Origin: Thermoanaerobaculia bacterium
GTDB lineage: Bacteria; Acidobacteriota; Thermoanaerobaculia; Multivoradales; Multivoraceae
Reading direction: 5' to 3'
Length of the DNA: 64,000 bases
Assembly: GCA_963664405.1 (NCBI GenBank)
Contig: OY761158.1
Coordinates: 1,856,001 to 1,920,000 of the forward strand
Under the pieces are notes generated by a model. The model saw only the letters and a program-made list of their open reading frames with translations, was not told where the DNA came from and searched no databases. Positions 56,387 through 64,000 of this stretch are shown in pieces. Position 1 is the first letter of the stretch. Each line of letters starts with the position of its first letter. Both the position numbers and the translations under genes were made by a program.

Positions 56387-56652
56387 CGATCGCCGCCGCG
56401 AGGGGCTTTGGCCCCGGATCGATAGCCCTGGGTCGAGGCCCGACCACCCTCAGTGACGGTCGTAGAGTCGACGTGCCTTTCGCTATCGGCCAGAATCTCG
56501 ATGTCGCCCGCCTCCACCAGCGCCTTCAGAGGGGGGTGATCCGCCGCGGGAGTCCCGATCTCGCTGATTTTGCCAGGCCCCAGATGCAGCTTCTTGCCGC
56601 GCGGCAGGGGTACCCGTATCGGCCGCTGCGTCGTATTGCGGATGGATTTCAT
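56383..56652 (-). CDS. Small hypothetical protein
   Basis: MKSIRNTTQRPIRVPLPRGKKLHLGPG..LVEAGDIEI; GGGGAG upstream; stop lies in the repeat's CTAG. Confidence 0.65.
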   Translation of the reverse strand: MKSIRNTTQRPIRVPLPRGKKLHLGPGKISEIGTPAADHPPLKALVEAGDIEILADSERHVDSTTVTEGGRASTQGYRSGAKAPRGGDR

Positions 56653-56796
56653 CGACAGCTCCCCCAGCCTCTCGGCAGACCTCTGCCTTGCAGCGACCTC
56701 GTGCCCCACCCTATAACGAGATCCCTCTATCGTGTCGATCGATTAGCATACCCGAGCGCAAACGAGGTTCCGTGACCGGCGAGAGCGGTCCTTTCC

Positions 56797-56927
56797 GGAG
56801 TGCGCCGTCCTCGGCGCCATGTTCCGCATCCGGAGGAAGTGATACCGATCACTTCCGTAGGATGCGCCGTCCTCGGCGCCATGTTCACTAGCCGCAGGAA
56901 ATGATAGCGATCATTTCCGGAGGCTAG
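56797..56927. repeat. REP-like double-hairpin repeat (family 2), locus 3, two tandem units
   Basis: TGCGCCGTCCTCGGCGCCATGTT at 56801 and 56863, each followed by a GGAARTGAT..ATCAYTTCC hairpin. Confidence 0.82.
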
Positions 56928-58669
56928 GAGGTGAGGCGCTTTGGAGGCCTGCCCTCGGCGACAAAGCGCACCGCCTCGAAAGAAAGGCGGCCGATCGATC
57001 GTTCCTGAACCGGTGAGGCGAGAAAACGCACCGCGGCAAGCACCGGGCGATCGCGCAGGGGGTCCTCAGCGAGAGCCGCACGCTCATCGAAGGCGGCGAT
57101 ATTGGTCTTGATCGCATGAGCGACGATGATCGGTCGAGTGAGCCCATCGCCCATCGAGACCTCCTCCAAGCGAGCTCGCAACTCCTCGCTCGAATCTTCC
57201 TGGCGTAAGACCGCTGCGGCGCTCGCAACCGCCTGCACTACTTCTTGCTGCGCGATCGCCGCTACCACATCGTCCACGCTGGCCGAGCCCGTCGTAGCGG
57301 TTGTTGGGTTGATGCGATCGGCAACCTGCAGGTCCAGGGGCCGTGTGCGGTTGACGAAGTGCGCAGCATAGAAGAGCAGCCGGACCAAGGCTGGATCATC
57401 ACTGCGCTCGAAGGCACGCCTGGTAGCGTTGGCAAAGGTCAGCGTATGGGTGACGTCGAGCCAACCCTCTTGCACCGTCGGGTCGGCGTCGATCGAAGCG
57501 TCGAAGCGAAACAACCTCTCGGCCGCGCTCAGGCTGAGTGCGTCGATCAGAGCATGGCTACCGACACCGTCGGCCAGGGCCGAGGCTACCCCTTCAGCAG
57601 CCTCCTGCTTGGTGCCATCCACCACTGCAGCGATGAAGCTCTCACGATCCCACCCGACGCCATCCGTCGCCGCTCGCCAGGCTGGGAAGCTCGGCTCCAG
57701 CTCTGCCAGTCGGCGCCGTAGGAAGGCCATCGGCGGCAGGCTGTCCTCTCGAGTACCGGTGGCGATCGAGAAGACCAAAGATGGCAGCAGTTCCCGCCCC
57801 CGCTGCCAGCCGACGCGATCAATCAAGTCGAAGGCCTTGATCACATATATCAGCCGGTGGCCGAAAGAGAGGAAATGCTCGGCGCAAAGCCGCAGGAGCC
57901 ACTTCTCGACCGTGTCGCGACCCCAGTCTCGACCGAGCGCACCGCGAAAAAGAGCCTCCGCCTCGTCACTCTCCTCGGCCTCTACCAGGGCGAGAAGCCT
58001 GTCGCCAAAGGCCTGGGGGTCATCGCCCGGGTCGGTAGACTGGGGGATCGGGCGAGCCGGCCGACGCACACTCGGCTCGGAAGCCAACTCCATCACCTGC
58101 ATGACCGGTCGAACGGCCTCGAGCCCCGAGTAGCGAGACAGAAGCCCGGTGATGTCACAGGCGACGGGCAGCGCATGGGTGGTGCCGTACTCGGCGTAGC
58201 GGGCGTCGAAGAGGGCGCCGTGAAGGGCGATGTCCACGGCCGGAACGTTTGCCTCGAGCAGACGCACGACGTCGCGTGCGACTCGACCCATCGAGTCTTC
58301 GAGAAGCCCCTGCGACAGGCTGCTCCAAAGCTTGCCGAGGTCGGCAGCGGCGCGCCGCTCGCGAAAGTCCACTTCGACCAGGCCATCGGTGACGCGCACC
58401 GGGAAGGTCGTAACATCTTCGTCCCCCTTGAGACACTCCCCGGTCGCAAGGTCGAACTTGAAGTTGTGCCAGGCGCACGTCAGCACGCAGTCCTTCACGT
58501 AGCCTTGGGCAAGCGGATACCCCTCGTGTGGGCAGAGATTGTCGACCGCCAGGAAACGGTCGTCGGCTAGGCGGAAGACCGCCGCTTGTCTGCTCTCGGA
58601 CTTGACGACCTCGCCGCGGCCGATCTCAAATCCATCGGCCCGACCCGCGCTGACCCAAGACTCCTTCAT
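56924..58669 (-). CDS. Rieske [2Fe-2S] domain protein with long helical C-terminus
   Basis: DNLCPHEGYPL..TCAWHNFKFDLATG. Confidence 0.82.
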   Translation of the reverse strand: MKESWVSAGRADGFEIGRGEVVKSESRQAAVFRLADDRFLAVDNLCPHEGYPLAQGYVKDCVLTCAWHNFKFDLATGECLKGDEDVTTFPVRVTDGLVEVDFRERRAAADLGKLWSSLSQGLLEDSMGRVARDVVRLLEANVPAVDIALHGALFDARYAEYGTTHALPVACDITGLLSRYSGLEAVRPVMQVMELASEPSVRRPARPIPQSTDPGDDPQAFGDRLLALVEAEESDEAEALFRGALGRDWGRDTVEKWLLRLCAEHFLSFGHRLIYVIKAFDLIDRVGWQRGRELLPSLVFSIATGTREDSLPPMAFLRRRLAELEPSFPAWRAATDGVGWDRESFIAAVVDGTKQEAAEGVASALADGVGSHALIDALSLSAAERLFRFDASIDADPTVQEGWLDVTHTLTFANATRRAFERSDDPALVRLLFYAAHFVNRTRPLDLQVADRINPTTATTGSASVDDVVAAIAQQEVVQAVASAAAVLRQEDSSEELRARLEEVSMGDGLTRPIIVAHAIKTNIAAFDERAALAEDPLRDRPVLAAVRFLASPVQERSIGRLSFEAVRFVAEGRPPKRLTS

Positions 58670-58754
58670 CGATACTCGAAGTCAGTATAGGCCACCCAGG
58701 ACTTCTCACTCTGTGCTTGCGGCTCGGGCTCGGGACGAGGAAACGGGTCGAGAC

Positions 58755-58783
58755 TTGATATTGACGCGTGTGCATAATACGAT
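58755..58783 (+). promoter_or_regulatory. Candidate sigma70 promoter for the SARP gene
   Basis: TTGATA-N17-TACGAT in an AT-rich patch of the divergent intergenic region. Confidence 0.35.
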
Positions 58784-58816
58784 CAATGGTCTTCTGGACA
58801 ACGACAGCTGTCGGCA

Positions 58817-59803
58817 ATGGACAACAACTTTCTCAGGAACTCGGCTCCTCGCGACGCGACCGTGGGGTCCATCGAGGTACAACTGCTTGGGCGCTTCGAT
58901 GCTCGCTCGTCAGGTCAGCCGCTGAAGGATCTGCACAGCGGGAAGGCACAAGAGCTTTTCAGCTACCTGATCCTGCACCGGGACCGACCCCATCTCAGAG
59001 AAAGCCTCGCCGGCATCCTGTGGGAAGACGACACCTCGGCATCCCCCCGCAAGACTCTCCGGCAGACACTCTGGCAACTGCAGTCGGCCCTGAGCTCGGC
59101 AGCGCCCCACTTAGAAAGACTGGTAGAGCAGCAGGGCCCGGACTGGATCGGACTGAGTCCGCAGGTCGAGATGCATGTCGACGTCGAGGCCCTGGAGAGC
59201 GCCTTCAGGAGAGTCGAGAAGGTTCCGGGCCACCGCATGCCAATGAAGGAGGCACGGGCGGCAAAAGAAGCGCTCGAGCTTTACCGGGGAGACCTCCTCG
59301 AAGGGGTGAGGCACCCGTGGTGTCGTCTCGAGCGCCAGCGATTCAGGGAGCTCTACTTTCGACTCCTCGAGAAGATGATGAATCACAGTCTCGCCACCGG
59401 CGACTACGACGCCGGAATCGAGTTCGGAGTTCGAGTGCTGCGTGGGGATCCCGCCCGAGAGCGCACCCACCGCCGCCTGATGCGCATTTACTACCTGCAG
59501 GGGAATCGTACTCTGGCTCTACGGCAATACCAGCAGTGCTTGGAGTCATTGCGCAATGAGCTCGACGTCAAACCGTCGCGTGCCACCCAGCGCCTCTACG
59601 AGCACATCCGCGAGGATCGCTCTCCTCTCGGATCCACCGAGGCGGGGCGAGTCCTCGCCGACCAGGACGGCGAAGTCCTCGATTTGCTTGTCGCCCTCCG
59701 AGGGCTGCTGAGCGAGGCTCGCAGCCAGGTCCACACCGAGATCCTCTCCCTCCGCAGCGAGCCGACCCTCTCGCCGCAAGGCGAGACAGAGACTCGCGAC
59801 TAA
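58817..59803 (+). CDS. SARP/AfsR-type transcriptional regulator (winged helix plus BTAD)
   Basis: VQLLGRF, RESLAGILW, LRQTLWQL, LYRGDLLEG, DPARERTHRRLMRIY, ELDVKPS. Confidence 0.9.
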   Translation: MDNNFLRNSAPRDATVGSIEVQLLGRFDARSSGQPLKDLHSGKAQELFSYLILHRDRPHLRESLAGILWEDDTSASPRKTLRQTLWQLQSALSSAAPHLERLVEQQGPDWIGLSPQVEMHVDVEALESAFRRVEKVPGHRMPMKEARAAKEALELYRGDLLEGVRHPWCRLERQRFRELYFRLLEKMMNHSLATGDYDAGIEFGVRVLRGDPARERTHRRLMRIYYLQGNRTLALRQYQQCLESLRNELDVKPSRATQRLYEHIREDRSPLGSTEAGRVLADQDGEVLDLLVALRGLLSEARSQVHTEILSLRSEPTLSPQGETETRD

Positions 59804-59909
59804 CGCTCTTCCCCCTCTCACTCCACGAAGGGCTCCTCGCTCAATTTGTCCGGGTTCATGTTTGTCCCGCTCAGATTGTTGCTGTAGCCTCGCCGAGGAG
59901 GACCCAATC

Positions 59910-61040
59910 ATGTTCGATCGACGCCGCTTCGCACTCTGTGCTGTTGTTACCGCTACGCTTGTCGCGCTTGGCCCTGGCTCAGCGGTGGCAGCCACTGCCG
60001 TCAACGACAAGGAGGCCGGCGCAGGCCTCTACTTCCCTCCTCGTTCGGGGGACTGGGAAACGATCTCTCCTGAGGCGGCGGGATGGAGCGAGAAGGCGAT
60101 TGAAGAGGTGCTGCGTTATGCCGGCGAGCAACGCTCAACCGGATTGGTCATCCTTCACCGCGGGCGCATAATGGCCGAGCGCTATTGGGAAGTGGAGCCT
60201 GATCCTAAAGACGAGCTCGATCGGTTCGGCAAGATGACGGCCGGGAAGACGGCTCGCGGGCATGCACTCGAGGATGTTGCCTCAGCCCAAAAGAGCGTCG
60301 TCTCGTTTCTCGTCGGGGTAGCGGAGGGTAAAGGCCTGGTCGACTTCGAAGCGCCGGCCTCCCGCTACTTGGGAAAGGGCTGGTCGAAAGCGACACCGGA
60401 GCAGGAAGGCGCGATCAAGGTCCACCACCTGGTGTCGATGTCGAGCGGACTGGCCGAAAACCACAGCTACAAAGGGACGGCCGGCTCGATCTGGATGTAC
60501 AACACCCCGGTCTACAGTCAGAGCGTGAAGGTCCTCGAAAAGGCCAGCGGCATGAAAGTCAACGAGTACACCGCCAAGTGGCTCACCGAGCCCATCGGCA
60601 TGAGCGAGAGCAAGTGGGCGCCTCGCCCCTGGGCCGGGGGTACATCGGGCAACTCGATCGGCTTCGTCACTTCGACACGCGATCTTGCCCGCTTCGGCCT
60701 GTTGGTGCTCGCCGACGGTCGCTGGGACGGGAAGGACCTCCTCGGCAACCGCGGCTATCTAGAGCGCGCCCTGGCGCCGTCGCAGAAGCTCAACCCCTCC
60801 TACGGCTATTTGTGGTGGCTCAACGGACAAGAAAGCGTCGTACGAGGGCCTAAGACGTTGAAGGGACCCCTCATCCCCAACGCCCCCGCGGATCTCGCCG
60901 CGGCCCAAGGGGCCCTGGGGCGCAAGTGCTACGTGGTCCCGAGTCTGGATCTAGTGGTCACACGACTGGGGGGGCAGCCTCCCGCTGGGAACGCGTTCAA
61001 CGACGAGATTTGGAAGCGGCTAAGCAAGGGCGCACCCTAA
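59910..61040 (+). CDS. Serine hydrolase, beta-lactamase-related family
   Basis: GAGGAGG RBS; signal peptide; SAQKS (SxxK), WMYN, RDLARFGLL, YGYLWW. Confidence 0.88.
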   Translation: MFDRRRFALCAVVTATLVALGPGSAVAATAVNDKEAGAGLYFPPRSGDWETISPEAAGWSEKAIEEVLRYAGEQRSTGLVILHRGRIMAERYWEVEPDPKDELDRFGKMTAGKTARGHALEDVASAQKSVVSFLVGVAEGKGLVDFEAPASRYLGKGWSKATPEQEGAIKVHHLVSMSSGLAENHSYKGTAGSIWMYNTPVYSQSVKVLEKASGMKVNEYTAKWLTEPIGMSESKWAPRPWAGGTSGNSIGFVTSTRDLARFGLLVLADGRWDGKDLLGNRGYLERALAPSQKLNPSYGYLWWLNGQESVVRGPKTLKGPLIPNAPADLAAAQGALGRKCYVVPSLDLVVTRLGGQPPAGNAFNDEIWKRLSKGAP

Positions 61041-61045
61041 CCCGT

Positions 61046-63067
61046 ATGCCACTTTCAATCGCCAGATCACCAGGAGGCCCCTCGCTCCTGGCGGGCTCTC
61101 TATTCCTCTGCCTCTTCGGAGCCGGCCTTCACGCCCAGAGCAGGGAGGGAGCGAGCTCGAATGAAAGCCTCATCGAATGGAAGCACTACGCTGCCGACAG
61201 AGCCAGTAGCAAGTACTCGCCTGCCGCTCAGATCGACGCCGACAATGTCGACCAACTGGAAGTCGTCTGGCGCTGGAGCACCCCGGACGGCAAGGTCGAG
61301 ACGCAGGCCCGCGCGGGCAACCTGAAGGGCACTCCATTGATGGTGAATGGAGTGCTTTACGCGGTCTCGGCGCTCAACCTGGTGAGCGCCCTCGACGCCA
61401 CCACCGGCAAGGAGCTGTGGACCTACGACCCGAAGGCGTACGAGCTGCACGAGCCCGCCCACGGAGGGCTGGCCCAGAGGGGCATCGAGTACTGGCGGGA
61501 TGGTGAGCGCGAGCGAATCCTGCTGGTGACCAGCGTGCACCAGCTGGTGTCGATCGATGCTGTGACCGGCCTCCCGGACCGCCACTTCGGCGAGGATGGC
61601 GTCGTCGACATGCGCAACGACGTTGCGCCGCCCGAGCAACTGCCGCTGACCGGCGTCAACTCACCCGCCATCGTCTGTGCCGACACGGTGATCATGGGCA
61701 TGACGGTCAAGGACTTCTCCATGCCCAAGGCGATGCCGGCCGGGCATATTCGCGGCTACGACGTGCGTAGTGGCAAAAAGAAGTGGGTCTTCCACACCGT
61801 GCCGCAGGCCGGCGAGCCGGGAGTCGAGACCTGGCTCGAAGAATCGTGGCGCTACTCGGGCAACACCAACGTCTGGTCGATGCTCAGCTGTGATGACGAG
61901 ACCGGCTGGGTCTACCTACCGACCGGCACCCCGACCAGCGACTATTACGGCGGACATCGCCCCGGCAACAATCTCTATGCGGAGAGTCTGATTGCCCTCG
62001 ATGCCGACACCGGTGAGCGCAAATGGCACTTTCAGGCGGTCCACCACGGTCAGTGGGATTACGACTTCCCCAGCGCGCCCAATCTGGTGGATGTCGAGAT
62101 CGGTGGCCGCATCGTCAAGGCGGTCGCACAGGTCAGCAAACAGGCCTTCACCTACGTCTTCGATCGTCGCACCGGTGAGCCGCTCTGGCCCATCGAGGAG
62201 CGCCCGGTCGAAGCAAGCACGGTACCTGGCGAGTGGTCGGCCGCGACCCAACCTTTCCCCACCAAACCACCTCCCTTCGACCGCCAGGGTGTGGCCCGAG
62301 ATGACCTCATCGATCTCACCCCCGAGCTCGAGGCGGAGGCGCTCGCGATCTTCGCCGACTTCGTGAGCGGGCCACTCTTCACTCCCACAATCGTGGCCGG
62401 GGAAGGCGGCAAGAAGGGCATGCTCCAGCTCCCCGGCCAAGCCGGCGGCGCGAACTGGAGTGGAGCCGCATTCGACCCCGAGAGCGGAGTCCTCTTCGTA
62501 CCCTCACAGACGCGCCTGGGCAGCATGAGCCTCAAGCCTCCAAGCGCGCGCCAGCCCTCGGATCGAGATTACCTGCCGGCCTTTGTGAGACCTGGGGGCC
62601 CCCAGGGACTGCCCCTGATCAAGCCACCCTGGTCCCGTGTCACGGCCATCGACCTGAGCCAGGGAGAGATCCTCTGGCAGGTACCCCTCGGAGACGGCCC
62701 ACGAGATCATCCCGCCCTGGAAGGGCTCGATCTTCCCCGGCTGGGCACGGTGCGCAACGCGAGTCTTGCCCCGGGGTGGCCAATGGTGACCAAGACACTG
62801 CTCTTCGTGCTTCAGGCCATCTCCAACGAAGCGGCAGACGGTCAGACCAGTCTGGGTGGCGTGGGCGGCGCAGCCTTCGGGATCCTGCGCGCCTACGACA
62901 AGGCGACCGGAGAGTTGGTGGCCGAGAGCGAGATCGACAGGGCGCCGGGCGGAGCACCGATGACCTACGTCGTCGACGGCAGGCAGTTCATCGTGGTCCC
63001 CGTCGGGTCGCGCGGAGAGGAGCAGGAGCTCGTCGCCCTCGCGGCCCGCCTCGAGACGGGCCCCTGA
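61046..63067 (+). CDS. PQQ-dependent dehydrogenase (glucose/quinate/shikimate dehydrogenase-like)
   Basis: Tryptophan-docking repeats ALDATTGKELW and DADTGERKWHFQ; HHGQWDYD; GGANW; PMTY..DGRQF. Confidence 0.9.
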   Translation: MPLSIARSPGGPSLLAGSLFLCLFGAGLHAQSREGASSNESLIEWKHYAADRASSKYSPAAQIDADNVDQLEVVWRWSTPDGKVETQARAGNLKGTPLMVNGVLYAVSALNLVSALDATTGKELWTYDPKAYELHEPAHGGLAQRGIEYWRDGERERILLVTSVHQLVSIDAVTGLPDRHFGEDGVVDMRNDVAPPEQLPLTGVNSPAIVCADTVIMGMTVKDFSMPKAMPAGHIRGYDVRSGKKKWVFHTVPQAGEPGVETWLEESWRYSGNTNVWSMLSCDDETGWVYLPTGTPTSDYYGGHRPGNNLYAESLIALDADTGERKWHFQAVHHGQWDYDFPSAPNLVDVEIGGRIVKAVAQVSKQAFTYVFDRRTGEPLWPIEERPVEASTVPGEWSAATQPFPTKPPPFDRQGVARDDLIDLTPELEAEALAIFADFVSGPLFTPTIVAGEGGKKGMLQLPGQAGGANWSGAAFDPESGVLFVPSQTRLGSMSLKPPSARQPSDRDYLPAFVRPGGPQGLPLIKPPWSRVTAIDLSQGEILWQVPLGDGPRDHPALEGLDLPRLGTVRNASLAPGWPMVTKTLLFVLQAISNEAADGQTSLGGVGGAAFGILRAYDKATGELVAESEIDRAPGGAPMTYVVDGRQFIVVPVGSRGEEQELVALAARLETGP

Positions 63068-63068
63068 A

Positions 63069-64000
63069 TCAGTAGCCGGCCGCGTTGCCGTCTTTCCGCG
63101 ACTCGGAGGCGCCGTAGTAAACGCCGTTCTCGGCGTCGTACAGAATGGCCTGATAACCGCCGTAGGGGCCCGACTCGAAGCCGACCCGGTGACCCCTGCT
63201 GGCGAGATCTCGAATCGACTCGTAGGGGAAACCGGTCTCGAGAGAGACCCGTCCACCGTCGACCATCCGCTCGCCGGTCGGCTGCGAGGAGCCGCTGTGG
63301 AGGATCCGTGGCGCGTCACCCGCCTCTTGGAGGTTCATCCCGAAGTCCACCATGTTGATGATGATCTGCGCGTGGGCCTGAGGCTGCGTCGCCCCGCCCA
63401 TGACCCCAAAGCTCATGAAGGGCTTTCCCTCACGAGTGACGAAGGCTGGGATGATGGTGTGGAAGGGGCGCTTGTGCGGCTCGTAGGTGTTGAAGCGACC
63501 TTCGGTGAGGTCGAAGAGCTCGCCCCGGTCCTGCAGCACGAAGCCCAGGCCATCCGGTGTCATTCCTGAGCCCATGCCGCGATAGTTGCTCTGAATCAGC
63601 GAGACCATCATGCCGTCGCTGTCGGCGGTGGTCAGGTAGATGGTGTCGCCCTGGTTCGGGATCGGATCACCAGATCCGACCTCCCGGGCTGCCCTGGCCG
63701 GATCGAGGGAAGCGCGACGCTCACCCGCGTACTCCTTGGAGATCAAGGTCTCGACCGGGATCTCGTTGAACTCCGGGTCAGCGTAAAAGCGCGCCCGATC
63801 TTCGAAGGCCAGCTTCTTGGCCTCGACGAAGTGGTGAATGTGATCGGCGCTGCCGAAGCCCATCGCCGCGAGATCGAAGGCCTCGAGGATATTGAGAATC
63901 TGCAGAGCCGCGATGCCCTGCCCGCTCGGCGGTAGCTCCCAGACCTCCCAGCCGCGGTAGCTGGAAGAGACCGGCTCGACCCAGTCAGAGCTGTGCGCGG
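63069..64000 (-). CDS. ggt: Gamma-glutamyltransferase (3' part; start outside window)
   Basis: DTIYLTTAD nucleophile Thr, SLIQSNY, KRPFHTIIP, GVMGG, SESRKDG. Confidence 0.92.
   Translation of the reverse strand, partial: AHSSDWVEPVSSSYRGWEVWELPPSGQGIAALQILNILEAFDLAAMGFGSADHIHHFVEAKKLAFEDRARFYADPEFNEIPVETLISKEYAGERRASLDPARAAREVGSGDPIPNQGDTIYLTTADSDGMMVSLIQSNYRGMGSGMTPDGLGFVLQDRGELFDLTEGRFNTYEPHKRPFHTIIPAFVTREGKPFMSFGVMGGATQPQAHAQIIINMVDFGMNLQEAGDAPRILHSGSSQPTGERMVDGGRVSLETGFPYESIRDLASRGHRVGFESGPYGGYQAILYDAENGVYYGASESRKDGNAAGY

Noticed and set aside
59910-61040. Antibiotic-resistance calls for the beta-lactamase-like and APH-like genes
   Set aside because: Only superfamily motifs are present; context suggests an esterase/peptidase and glycan kinases.

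Overview
GC-rich bacterial chromosomal window; the gene content is Acidobacteriota/Myxococcota-like, which is inference only. In order: a c-di-GMP phosphodiesterase, a Yej-like peptide ABC operon, DUF2277, DUF3604 and GST genes, and an N-formylglutamate amidohydrolase split by a nested IS30/IS3 stack. Next is a ~28 kb glycoconjugate-modification cluster (15965-43840) with two MsbA-like ABC exporters, GT2/GT4 enzymes, a GH2-GT2 fusion broken at a G11 tract, sulfo-, phospho-, pyruvyl- and acetyltransferases, and nested IS21 elements. It is followed by a three-MFP MacB-type exporter flanked by duplicated cupredoxin lipoprotein genes, then epoxide hydrolase, a Cu-monooxygenase-like protein, ettA, a Rieske protein, a SARP regulator, a serine hydrolase, a PQQ dehydrogenase and a partial ggt. 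The most striking unexplained signal is a family of 165-166 bp CTAG-bounded palindromic elements (five loci, two subfamilies). Their mismatches are G.U-compatible on the transcribed strand, and two copies lie in frame inside lipoprotein signal peptides. A second small stop-codon-anchored hairpin repeat family and a ~100 aa C-terminal domain shared by three glyco-enzymes also stand out. No rRNA, tRNA or CRISPR array was seen.
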